Source: Macrostomum hystrix (taxonomy: Eukaryota > Animalia > Platyhelminthes). From it: a stretch of 64,000 nt of DNA. Under the pieces are notes generated by a model, which was given only the letters and a program-made list of their open reading frames with translations, was not told where the DNA came from and did not search any database. Of this stretch, positions 1 through 11,984 are shown piece by piece; the first letter of the stretch is position 1, and every line of letters begins with the position of its first letter. The stretch is from the NCBI GenBank assembly GCA_950097015.1, contig CATNEN010000029.1:7378001-7442000 (forward strand). Direction: 5' to 3'. The position numbers and the translations under genes were made by a program.

Positions 1-311
1 TTAAAGTGCCTAAGAGAAAAAAAAACCAAGAATCACTACGGTTAGGGCCTAGCAGTTATGATTGTTAATGAGATGAATTTGTGTTAAAATCCTTAATCGA
101 AGCCGTCTTATATGTTAGTAAAACATATGTTAGTCTTATAAGTAAAAAAAATATTTAGTCATTTTTTCAAATTGAAGTTTGTTAAATTTTTAGCTAGTCA
201 GTAAAGATTAAATCACATTTAAATGGCAAGCAAGGAAGGTAGAGTCGAATATAAATGGTCCATTTACTATCAAAATTTGCATAGAATAAGACTAGGTAAA
301 AGTACTCGTAG

Positions 312-3300
312 ATGAAGCTGGCTACCTGTCGCCCTCAGCTTCACAGCTTGACATTGGCTCGGGCCTCTCTGCGCCGCCTGCTGCAGTGGAATGTTGCCGA
401 CCAGAGCCAGAACACCAGCTTGGGCTTCAGTGGTGCGCATTCACCGCTGGATCTCGCAGTGGCCGCCAAGACCGACGCTTTCTTGGCCGAAGTGCCAGAC
501 AGTGTGCCCGCAGCAACTAAAGCTTCTGTAGTATCCGAGACGCTGCTATACTGGCGTTATCTGCGAGCTGTTGCCGCAGGCATCGACTGGCTGGCTACCG
601 CAGCCAAAGAAGACAGCGTCGATAAGGTTGTGATGCAGGGGAGAGTGACAAGCCATATAATTACGCGGGAGAGAATAGTGAAAAGCAATATACACGGTAG
701 GGGTGCGTGATAAGCCATAGAATCACACAGGAGTGGAGAGAGACAAGCCATAGAATCACACAGGAGTGGAGAGTGACAAGCCATAGAATCACACACGAGT
801 GGAGAGTGACAAGCCATAGAATCACACACGAGTGGAGAGTGACAAGCCATAGAATCACACAGGAGTGGAGAGTGACAAGCCATAGAATCGCACAGGAGTG
901 GAGACTGACAAGCCATAGAATCACACAGGAGTGGAGAGTGACAAGCCATAGAATCACACAGGAGTGGAGAGTGACAGGCCATAGAATCACACAGGAGTGG
1001 AGAGTGACAGGCCATAGAATCACACAGGAGTGGAGAGTGACAAGCCATAGAATCGCACAGGAGTGGAGAGTGACGAGCCATAGAATCGCACAGGAGTGGA
1101 GAGTGACAAGCCATAGAATCGCACAGGAGTGGAAAGTGACAGGCCATAGAATCACACAGGAGTGGAGAGTGACAAGCCATAGAATCGCACAGGAGTGGAG
1201 ACTGACAAGCCATAGAATCACACAGGAGTGGAGAGTGACAAGCCATAGAATCACACAGGAGTGGAGAGTGACAGGCCATAGAATCACACAGGAGTGGAGA
1301 GTGACAGGCCATAGAATCACACAGGAGTGGAGAGTGACAAGCCATAGAATCGCACAGGAGTGGAGAGTGACGAGCCATAGAATCGCACAGGAGTGGAGAC
1401 TGACAAGCCATAGAATCGCACAGGAGTGGAAAGTGACAGGCCATAGAATCACACAGGAGTGGAGAGTGACAAGCCATAGAATCGCACAGGAGTGGAGAGT
1501 GACAAGCCATAGAATCACACAGGAGTGGAGAGTGACAAGGCATAGAATCGCACAGGAGTGGAGAGTGACAAGGCATAGAATCGCACAGGAGTGGAGAGTG
1601 ACATGCCATAGAATCGCACAGGAGTGGAGAGTGACAAGCCATAGAATCGCACAGGAGTGGAGAGTGACAAGCCATAGAATCGCACTGGAGTGGAGAGTGA
1701 CAAGCCATAGAATCACACAGGAGTGGAGAGTGACAAGGCATAGAATCACACAGGAGTGGAGAATGACAAGCCATAGAATCGCACAGGAGTGGAGAGTGAC
1801 AAGGCATAGAATCGCACAGGAGTGGAGAGTGACAAGGCATAGAATCGCACAGGAGTGGAGAGTGACATGCCATAGAATCGCACAGGAGTGGAGAGTGACA
1901 AGCCATAGAATCGCACAGGAGTGGAGAGTGACAAGCCATAGAATCGCACAGGAGTGGAGAGTGACAAGCCATAGAATCGCACTGGAGTGGAGAGTGACAA
2001 GCCATAGAATCGCACTAGAGTGGAGAGTGACAAGCCATAGAATCGCACACGAGTGGAGAGTGACAAGCCATAGAATCACACAGGAGTGGAGAGTGACAAG
2101 CCATAGAATCGCACAGGAGTGGAGAGTGACAAGCCATAGAATCGCACTGGAGTGGAGAGTGACAAGCCATAGAATCGCACTGGAGTGGAGAGTGACAAGC
2201 CATAGAATCGCACAGGAGTGGAGAGTGACAAGCCATAGAATCGCACTGGAGTGGAGAGTGACAAGCCATAGAATCACACACGAGTGGAGAGTGACAAGCC
2301 ATAGAATCGCACTGGAGTGGAGAGTGACAAGCCATAGAATCGCACTGGAGTGGAGAGTGACAAGCCATAGAATCGCACAGGAGTGGAGAGTGACAAGCCA
2401 TAGAATCGCACTGGAGTGGAGAGTGACAAGCCATAGAATCACACACGAGTGGAGAGTGACAAGCCATAGAATCGCACAGGAGTGGAGAGTGACAAGCCAT
2501 AGAATCGCACTGGAGTGGAGAATGTCAACTCCTCGACTTCTCAGGCCCCACCCAATCCTCGCAGGTTGCCATTGGCGACGTAGCCCTAGCCCAGAGCGGC
2601 CTGGAGTTCCTAACAGGCCTGGGCCTGCGCCCCTGTCTGTCACCCGGCGTTGGGCCGACGCTGTCCGACCGGTTAGCCAGCGGCTCTGCCGGCGCCGACC
2701 TCCTCCGTGTCCGGCCACCGTCGGACGCGTCCGAACGCCTGAGCCGATTGGCCTGGCTGGCCGAGACTCTCGGCCGGTGGTCCGACGCCGGCGGCGACGG
2801 CGGGGCGGTGGCAGTTGCGGCCGCTCGCTTCCTGCCCGACCGTCTGGCTGCGCTGCTTCAGCTGGCGTTCGGGCCGGAGTCCTTGGCAGCCGGCGACGAT
2901 GGTAAAGCAGCCAGGGCTGAGGCCAGGCGGCGACTGCACAGTCTGTTAGGCGGCCTGCCCAATGCGACTGCAATGCGGGAGCTGCTCTGCCTGCAGCGGA
3001 GGGCCGCGTAAGAGACAGTCGCTTCTTTGTACATTTTTACAATTTGGCTTACGAGTTAGGGCATGAGTAACTATACCCTGCAGTGTAAAGTTAAATGCAT
3101 TGTCATCTTTTTAGGATTTAGAAGGCATTGTGCTTTTCTGCTTTACGCTTAGCAAAGCTGATCAATGGAGCAGTTAATGCATTCAAGCATCCCATTGTCT
3201 TTTTAGTAGTCCCCTGTTTGCATCCGCGGCTAGGCAACATCTGTTCATCAGTCATTGTACTGCAGTTTTTAGCTATTGAAAAATACTGGATACTGTATTT

Positions 3301-6300
3301 TTATTTTAGTTACTGGATACTGTATTTTAGTTTTTTTAAACCGCTAGGTTGCCCAACTCAAATGCCAAATGGCTGGTGCGAGCCGCCTCTCGCCTTCTGT
3401 CTGAGCAGCTGCTGCGTCGGCCAGACGGCGTTCTCGGCCTACTCGGCGCCGCTTTCGACGACGCCGCCGCCGCCGGCGCCGGCGACAGTCGCCACTCGGT
3501 GTCCGAGAAAGTCACCAGCGTGGCCGGCCTGCTGGCCTCGTGTCCGGCCGAGTCCACGGACAGCCTGGCCGAGCAGCTGTTCGAGCTTTACGCCCGGCTC
3601 GGCCAAGCGGACAAGCGGCTGCAGACCGCCTGCTGCCACGTCATCGTCTGCTGGTCCGGCGGAGCCAAGGCACTTTCCCGGACAGCGCTTAACCGGCTGA
3701 TTCGGGGCCGAGTGCTGGCCGATTTCGACTGTCTCTGCCCTGTGGGGAGGGGCTCTAAAGATGACGCAATTAATACTGGCGTCACCAAAGACGACGTCAC
3801 CAAAGATGACGTCACCAAAGATGACGTCACCAAAGATGACGTCACCAAAGATGACGTCACCAAAGATGACGTCACCAAAGATGACGTCACCAAAGATGAC
3901 GTCACCAAAGATGACGTCACTAAAGAAAGCTGCACTAAAGACAATGTAGCCAATGAAGCCATTAACGTCGTTAATTTAACTGAGCCGCTAAACCGACTGT
4001 GCATTCTGTTGTCCTGCGTCAAGGAGACCGACGTGGACTTTTTGCAAGGCTTAGCTGGCCTAATTGATCCACTGTTTTATCTACTCGTGACAGCTAGCAT
4101 TGAGCAACAGCAGCAGAAGAAAAAGCAGATTGGAAATCATCTAGACCAGATTTGCAGCCGATTGAAATACAGCCTGTCCACATTTACCAGCGTGTATTCT
4201 ACGGAGTTGGGCGCCAGCCTTCTGCGCAGGCTGCTGTCCGACCAGCTCAACTGCGGCTACCTGCCAGCAGTGGAGTTTGCTGCTCCAGGTGAGTGGTCTC
4301 AGTCTGATGAAGTTAGATTTTGGTTAGTGCATGATGGCACCTTGATACGCTCATACGCAATTCCAGGCTAAACGTTTAGTTTTTTTATAAATTTGGAACC
4401 AGCATTTGAGATAAATGAGGGTGTATCAGGATTTGAGATTCGGATATCAGGATTTGAGATTCGGATATCAGGATTTGTGATTTGGTGATTTGGGTATCAG
4501 CATTTGAGATTCGTGAAACTAGATTTATGATTCGGGTATGAGGATTTTAGGCATGAGATTAAAGTATCATGGTTTGCGATTCAGGTATGATGTTCATGTT
4601 TTAAAATAAAGATTCAGTTACTAGGTTTTGGTATTCTACATTACCCCAAATCTCGCCTAGACACCGTCCTTGTCCAATCCGCGTCGCGTGCGCCTTCCGG
4701 ACGCGGCCGACGAAGCCGGCTTGCGATTGGCCACCGCCGACGCCGTTCTGGCCATGCTAGACGCGTCCGGCCGCTCAGCCCGTCCGGGACTGTCCGGCCG
4801 CCTGTTCGCCCAACTGCTGGGAGATTTGGCGTCCGCTTCCTCGCCTTCGCCAAAGCGTTCAGGCGAAACTGCGAGCCTGGCCGGCCTGTCATGTCTAGTT
4901 CGCCTGTGCGCCGATCCGCAGCGCTCGGAGAGGGTTTTCTCATCAGCCGAGCCTGACGCACTCGTTGACCTCTGTCGTCAGTTGCTGCGTCACGCAATGT
5001 CGCCGTCGCCAGCCTCGGTAGAGTCGTCGGACGCGTCGACGACTGTCGATAGGCGTGGCGAATCTCTAGAGCTGGCCTTGTCGATTGTGTCCGCAGTGAC
5101 GCTCGGCCTGCACTCGGCTAACAGCGGCGCCTTCCAGTTGGCCACTCTGACTCAGCCGCTCATGGAGGCAGCCGGCAGGGCTGACCTGCTGTCAGAGGCG
5201 TCTCGGCGGCTGGCCAGAAGTTTGGCTATCCGAACGGCTACGCTTGGGCGAATCGACGGCGACGCGAATTGTCCGACCTCTCCGGCTTCGGAACTGCTCT
5301 CGGGATCGGCGGTGCTGACGCAGTGCGTCGAGGAGCAGCCGGACGCCGCGGCTGCGACCGCTTCGGCGGCGGCGGATGAAGGAAACGAGGACGAGGGAGA
5401 GGTTAGTGCTTCAGCGGCAATCGGGAAGTGTGTTGTATGGGCACAAATGTATGGATTATTGCTCTTCTTTAGGCAGAAAATTAAAAGCAAAAAAATTGTC
5501 GTGCTTATAGAAAAAAATACTCTACTACTGCTAATACTACTACTATTAAAAATACGTCTGACTACATTTTAAGGCTGCGTACGGCTTTTCAGTCCATGGA
5601 CTGGGGGACGACACACCCTCAATTACCCCCAGCTTATTCTGGTACCCATTTATTTGCAGGGTCAACTGAAGCATTGCAAAGTTATGTGCTGAAGGACACA
5701 AATTGTCCTTCAGCACATAAATTAAACAAATTGACCTTTAAGTCGTAAATCCGACTCTCTTACTAATTATTTTACTACTATTACTACTACTTACTACTAT
5801 TTCTACTAATCAAACCTCTGTCACGTTCTATCTGGGCCCAGGAATCGACAGGGAAATTTATGTTTTTCGATACATATCGGCCATCAAAACTTCTCCACTT
5901 TTCTCTAGGCCGCGGCGGCCGTCTACCGCACCGCATTCAGCGACATCCAGTCTGGCGATCCGCCTCGCATGGGCGCCGGCCTCGTGGCCCTGACTCGGCA
6001 GCTCGGGTTGCGAGCGCCGCGCGGGCCTCGCCTAATTGACGCCTGTGCCCGGCTGTTGCAGATGTGCTCAGATCATCCGGACTCTTATGTACACCTGGCC
6101 GCCGCTGAAGCTCTGGCTGTGCTGTCCTGCCAGCTGCCGGCTCGCCTGCTGCCGCTCCTGGCCAGCCTGTACGGCCCCGGCGGAGTTGGCGGCGTCGACG
6201 CAAGCAAAGGCGGACAGACGCGAACACGATCTGTGGAGCTTCGATTGAGAATTGGCGAGGTTTGTTCATTTTCCAATACCGTGTTTACCACACATCATTT

Positions 6301-8164
6301 GCCACACCTACAAATCACATATTACATACTATATTTACGACACTGCCTTATTATAGCACCTCAATTACAAAGCTACATTTTCGGGCCCTAAACACCTCAC
6401 CTCAATTTCCAAATCTTACTTTCAAGGCCAGACTACAATTGCCATTACACAATTGCCACACCACAATGGTCATACCACAATTGCCACACCACAATGGCGC
6501 CTCTCTTTCACCCCTCCAATTAGTCTATGGTCCGCTGCAGCCGCTACCTGAACGAGCTGCTGCCGCACCACGCTAGCCGCATTGTCGGGGTTCTCCTGGT
6601 TGGCGCGCGCGATCCGGAGCCTCAGCTGCGAGCCAGCAGCCTCAGCTGCCTGGCCGAACTGTGCGCCAAGCAGCGCTGGTGGTGCCTGGACAGACCCTCG
6701 ATTGGACTGCAGGTGAGAATTTAATTCAATGTAGCTTTCCCACATCCCACATGGGTACATCCCACATTTTCCCGCGAACTAAATGTTAGAACATACTTAT
6801 TATCCCTTTTCCCAACTATATTCGTCACACCACTATTCCCACACTACAATACCCACATTACAATACCCACACTACGATTCCCACACCACTTTTCCCACAG
6901 TAAAATTCCCACACGAATCTGCATAAAACTATAATTCCAACGCTACAATTCCCACACTACAATTCCCTCACTAAAATTCCCACACTAAAATTCCCACACT
7001 ACAATTCCCACCTACAATTCCCACCTACAATTCCCACACTACAATTCCCACGCTAAAATTCCCACACTACAATCCTCACACTACAATTCCCACACTACAA
7101 TCCTCACACTATAATTCCCACACTACAATCCTCACACTACAATTCCCACACTACAATCCTCACACTATAATTCCCACACTACAATCCTCACTCTATAATT
7201 CCCACACTACAATCCTCACACTACAATTCCCACACTACAATCCTCACTCTATAATTCCCACACTACAATTCCCACACTACAATCCTCACACTACAATTCC
7301 CACACTACAATCCTCACACTATAATTCCCACACTACAATTCCCACACTACAATTCCCACACTAAAATTCCCACACTACAATTCCCACCTACAATTCCCAC
7401 CTACAATTCCCACACTACAATTCCCACGCTAAAATTCCCACACTACAATCCTCACACTACAATTCCCACACTACAATCCTCACACTATAATTCCCACACT
7501 ACAATCCTCACTCTATAATTCCCACACTACAATCCTCACACTATAATTCCCACACTACAATCCTCACTCTATAATTCCCACACTACAATTCCCACACTAC
7601 AATCCTCACACTATAATTCCCACACTACAATCCTCACTCTATAATTCCCACACTACAATTCCCACACTACAATCCTCACACTATAATTCCCACACTACAA
7701 TCCTCACTCTATAATTCCCACACTACAATTCCCACACTACAATCCTCACACTATAATTCCCACACTACAATCCTCACACTACAATTCCCACACTACAATT
7801 CCCACACTTCAATCCCCACACTCAAATTCCCGCACCCCACTAGGAGATTCTCTCCTGCGCCTGCTCCCTTCTCCGGTCGGATCCGGATCCGCTGCCCAGG
7901 CGAGCGTCGGCCCACCTCCTCGGCCACCTGGTCCGCGGCTGCGACCGGCTTAGCCTCGCCAGCCTGCCAGCCGCCTGCCTGACTGAACTGCACCGAGCGC
8001 TTCGCCTAGCCGCAGCAGCTGAGCGAGACCAATCGGTGCTGGAGTATGTTCAGCTGGCGCTTGAGGAGCTGGACAGCTGCGTGCGAGACGCTCTGTTTCC
8101 CAGCGTTAGCGGCACCGCTCCGATGCGAAAGCGGATTTGGGTGCTAGACTCGCCTTCGGACTAG
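312..8164 (+). CDS. TANGO6: Transport and Golgi organization protein 6 homolog, 7 exons: join(312..626,2565..3007,3348..4311,4661..5401,5909..6259,6524..6712,7844..8164), about 1107 aa
   Basis: Phase-consistent GT-AG exons read by hand. Motifs match recalled TANGO6: LGLRPCLSPGVG, WLVRAASRLLSEQLLRRPDGV, ELRLRIGE, GARDPEPQLRASSLSCLAELC, and C-terminal VQLALEELDSCVRDALFP...KRIWVL. The exon 3 donor (4311) and the true start are less certain. Confidence 0.9.
640..2520. repeat. 33-bp minisatellite (GGAGTGGAGAGTGACAAGCCATAGAATCACACA), about 55 copies, TANGO6 intron 1
   Basis: Direct reading; it produces the spurious 11-aa periodic ORFs. Confidence 0.97.
3781..3930 (+). repeat. In-frame 15-bp repeat (GTCACCAAAGATGAC) x9 plus degenerate copies, encoding (VTKDD)9 in TANGO6 exon 3
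   Basis: Direct reading; the frame stays open through the array. Confidence 0.9.
4420..4590. repeat. Degenerate 21-bp repeat (ATCAGGATTTGAGATTCGGAT), TANGO6 intron 3
   Basis: Direct reading. Confidence 0.75.
5575..5725 (-). mobile_element. SINE-like fragment (AAATGGGTACC core) with an internal 17-bp-arm palindrome
   Basis: The minus strand reads CAGTTGACCCTGCAAATAAATGGGTACCAG, resembling the core at 16900-16926. Confidence 0.45.
6820..7830. repeat. 14-bp minisatellite (ACTACAATTCCCAC / ACTACAATCCTCAC), TANGO6 intron 6
   Basis: Direct reading. Confidence 0.95.
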
Positions 8165-8202
8165 ACCTGGTCCGACCTGGCTCGGGCTCTTGCGCTGCTT
8201 AG

Positions 8203-9141
8203 AACTAGGTGTTATGCAGATTGGTACTAGTTGTTATGCAGATTGGAACTAGGTGTTATGCAGATTGGAACTAGGTGTTATGCAGATTGGAACTAGGTGT
8301 TATGCAGATTGGAACTGGGTGTTATGTAGATTTGAACTAGGTGTTATGCAGATTGGAACTGGGTGTTATGCAGATTGGAACTGGGTGTTATGCAGATTGG
8401 AACTGGGTGTTATGCAGATTGGTACTGGGTGTTATGCAGATTGGAACTAGGTGTTATGCAGATTGGAACTGGGTGTTATGCAGATTGGAACTAGGTGTTA
8501 TGCAGATTGGAACTAGGTGTTATGCAGATTGGAACTAGGTGTTATGCAGATTGGAACTAGGTATTATGCAGATTGGAACTAGGTGTTATGCAGATTGGAA
8601 CTAGGTGTTATGCAGATTGGAACTGGGTGTTATGCAGGTTGGAACTAGGTGTTATGCAGATTGGAACTAGGTGTTATGCAGATTGGAACTAGGTGTTATG
8701 CAGATTGGTACTGGGTGTTATGCAGGTTGGAACTAGGTGTTATGCAGATTGGAACTAGGTGTTATGCAGATTGGAACTAGGTGTTATGCAGATTGGTACT
8801 GGGTGTTATGCAGATTGGTACTGGGTGTTATGCAGATTGGAACTGGGTGTTATGCAGATTGGAACTGGGTGTTATGCAGATTGGTACTGGGTGTTATGCA
8901 GATTGGAACTGGGTGTTATGCAGATTGGAACTGGGTGTTATGCAGATTGGAACTGGGTGTTATGCAGATTGGAACTGGGTGTTATGCAGATTGGAACTGG
9001 GTGTTATGCAGATTGGAACTGGGTGTTATGCAGATTGGAACTGGGTGTTATGCAGATTGGAACTAGGTGTTATGCAGATTGGTACTGGGTGTTATGCAGA
9101 TTGGTACTGGGTGTTATGCAGATTGGAACTGGGTGTTATGT
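8203..9141. repeat. 22-bp minisatellite (GGTGTTATGCAGATTGGAACTR) just after the TANGO6 stop
   Basis: Direct reading. Confidence 0.97.
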
Positions 9142-9407
9142 AGATCAAAATATTATGCAGGTTTGATCAGACTGTTAAACAGAACACTGACTTCGAACCG
9201 TTTGTATGATTTGCTGCACCCTTGAGTTAAAAATAACAAATTTTAAGCAATTAGCACAAATACTGTCTCAGCTCCGACTAATGCCTTTAATTTTTTGAAA
9301 TTTTCTCGCCTAAATTGTTTCTAATAAACTGTTAACTAGTCTATGGCAGGTCTTTCCTTGTGATTTTTTGTTTTTCAAATCTTATTTATCGTTGATAACT
9401 TTTGACC

Positions 9408-9650
9408 GACTCTACCTTGTACAAATGCTAGACAATTCAGTTCGTAGAAATCTATAGACTAACTTAGGTAGCTTTTAGACATGGAAAAACTGACTCTACC
9501 TTGTACAAATGCTAGACAATTCAGTTCGTAGAAATCTATAGACTAACTTAGGTAGCTTTTAGACATGGAAAAACTGACTCTACCTTGTACAAATGCTAGA
9601 CAATTCAGTTCGTAGAAATCTATAGACTAACTTAGGTAGCTTTTAGACAT
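9408..9650. repeat. 84-bp unit, about 2.9 near-identical copies
   Basis: Copies start at 9408, 9492 and 9576. Confidence 0.9.
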
Positions 9651-9780
9651 ATGGAAAAATCGATAGGAAAAATGCCCCGTTTAGAAATGTGCGCTAAAAA
9701 AGTTGGCTGAGCCAATAATTTTGCAAGAAACTTTCTCATATTTTTAAATAGTTGTAAATGCAGTCATTGATACTTTCCAG

Positions 9781-11480
9781 GGATCAGATGCTCAGCTGCT
9801 GCTGCTGCTGCTGCTGCTGACGCCGCTGTCGGTGATTGGCGCGCGGGAGCTGAACTGCAGCTCCGTAGCTGCAGCGCCGGCAGCCGCAGAGCTGACCGCC
9901 GGGTCGCAGCTCCGGCTGCGGCTGAGCGCTAGTGGAGGCAGCGGCAGCTCTTGCCACTCGCTGATCAGCATCAACGTCAGCAGCTCCCGCAGTGCCGGCT
10001 CATATTTCTACGTGAGGCTGGTCGGTCGCCTGGAGTCTCCGCTCTCCGTGCTGAGCCTCAGTCCAGGCCTTGGCAGCTCGCCAGCAGCCGTGGTGACGCC
10101 CGCCAACCAGACCTTGTACAGAGCATTCGCGCTGCAGACGTCTGGCAGCTTGTACTGCAGGCTGAGCAGCTGGGACAGCGACAGCTCAGACAGCGTGTGG
10201 CTGGACGTTGAGCTGGTGCTGAGGTGCCCGACGGGTTGGTTGTACAGCAGCGGCCAGTGCTACGGCAGTCCGTGTGCTGAGAACTCGGCTGCCGCATTTC
10301 GCGATGCCGTCATCGGCTGCCGTCAGGTGCTGGCCAACCTGGCCTTCGACTTTGGCGGCGTCGGCGAGCTGGCGGTCGCCGTCAACGCCACTGGCGTCTG
10401 GCCGACCAACCAGACCGCCTGGATCGGCGCGGCCTACAGCGAGTCAGCCTATTATTTTTTAGACGGCGAAGCCTTTCCGTACCCGTAAGTGTGTCCATAT
10501 TATAATAATAATTGCAGCAGGGCCGCGGGCAATGTCACATCATTGTGTGACACACTACACCGTCAGCGAGGAGGCAGTTCTTACCATTTTGCTGACTCCT
10601 GAGCACACGCGCACGCAGATACCGTACCGTACACTGTACACTTTCACTTTGCCTTTGAGGTTGGCCGCCAAATAAATGTGGCCGCCTCGCCGCGGAATCG
10701 AGCTCAGATCCGAGAGGCAAACGTGTTAGCCGCTCTGTCACCCACCCGCTAAGTGTGTCCATTATCCAATGTCACACACCTAATATCCAAGCTATTGCTA
10801 ACGATCCAATTCTTGCTGAAATCTCCAGCGCTCGAAACCAGTGCTCAGGCTCTGGCGAGTGTCGCTGCCTGTCATTCCGCCGCCTCGACAACGCCTTCAA
10901 TTTGGCTGACTGCGGCCAAAGTCTTCCCTATCTGTGCAGCATGTGCGCCCAGCCCTGCTCAACTGAGTCCCCCTCCTCGTTCAGCCTGGACGGACTGGAC
11001 TGGGAGGTCCGTCAACGCAACAGAACCACCACCACAGCCGCCAAAGGCGCGACGCCTGAAATAAAAGGCCGAACAAATTATTTTCTCATATTTCTCATGA
11101 TTGGCATGTGTGTCACCAGCTTCATTCTCATCTATTGGTTTCGTCGCGACGTTTTTGGGTCGCTGCGACGTCCTCGCCTATCAGGGATTTTTAACAATTT
11201 CCGACTTAGATTCAGAGCTTCAGCAACAGCGGCCGAGTCGTCGGCCACCCCTAACTGCTCGCCTAACAGTCGCGTTGGCATGGCAACCGTTGTTGACGCT
11301 TCCCGATGGGACGCGCCGCCGCCCTATTCAGAGGTGGTGCCTGGGGCAGCTCCGGCCTCCATTGAACTGGCTGTCCACAGCTCTGAAGGCGATGCTGAAG
11401 TGCAGCCTCCACCGTCTTACGATGTGGCAATAGCCACTGCTGCTGCTGCTGATGCTGATGCTGATGGCGCCCATTTGTGA
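9781..11480 (+). CDS. Receptor paralog 1 (signal peptide, CUB-like domain, C-type lectin-like domain, TM, PY tail): join(<9781..10484,10829..11480); no in-frame ATG found
   Basis: Poly-Leu signal segment; CPTGW...CY, WIG and YLCS motifs; TM YFLIFLMIGMCVTSFILIYWF; tail PPPY and PPSY. Phase-2 intron CC|GTAAGT...CTCCAG|C. Confidence 0.82.
10500..10752 (-). mobile_element. tRNA-derived SINE-like copy (family A), internally deleted, filling most of the paralog 1 intron
   Basis: The reverse complement shares GTTTGCCTCTCG, TCGATTCCGCGGCGAGGC, GGTATCTG.GTG and ATGATGTG.CATT with 35560-35950 and 29190-29550, and has an (ATT)n tail. Confidence 0.7.
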
Positions 11481-11984
11481 TCAATAACCCCATTTTTTAA
11501 TTATCAAATTCAACGCAAGGATACAGGCTGTCATTGTTTTATGCGCTCCACTTTTTCTGCTGTTTTTTTCTTTTCTAGTTTTTCTTTCAAAGCAGGTTGC
11601 TAATTGTGACTCAAAAGTGTTTACCCTTCTTTCCTCGATCTTGTTTTTGAAAGGCACGATGTTTCTTCTGTTTTTTTATTGCCTAAAATCTATTAGCATT
11701 TTCAGATTATAACTGTGGCCTTCATTTTATGTATTTTGTCCATATCTAACTATATGACGAAGTTAATCTATTGGAGTTTTTCAGACTTTTTTTATCATTG
11801 CACTACCTTCTACGAGCGTATATCTGGCATAAATTAACTTGAAGAAAAGTTGACAATCTGTTTAAATTAGTCTTACTTTTTTGCTTTGTTTCAAGATCAG
11901 ACTTGTCAGTCTGCTATTATCCTATTCCCAAATCCCTAATCCCTTATCAATCGCCCTTATACCTTCTTGATCATTTGTATCCTT

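Noticed and set aside
557-2973. Long ORFs of 482, 770 and 732 aa on both strands
   Set aside because: Translations of the 33-bp intronic minisatellite, whose unit length is a multiple of 3 and stop-free in several frames.
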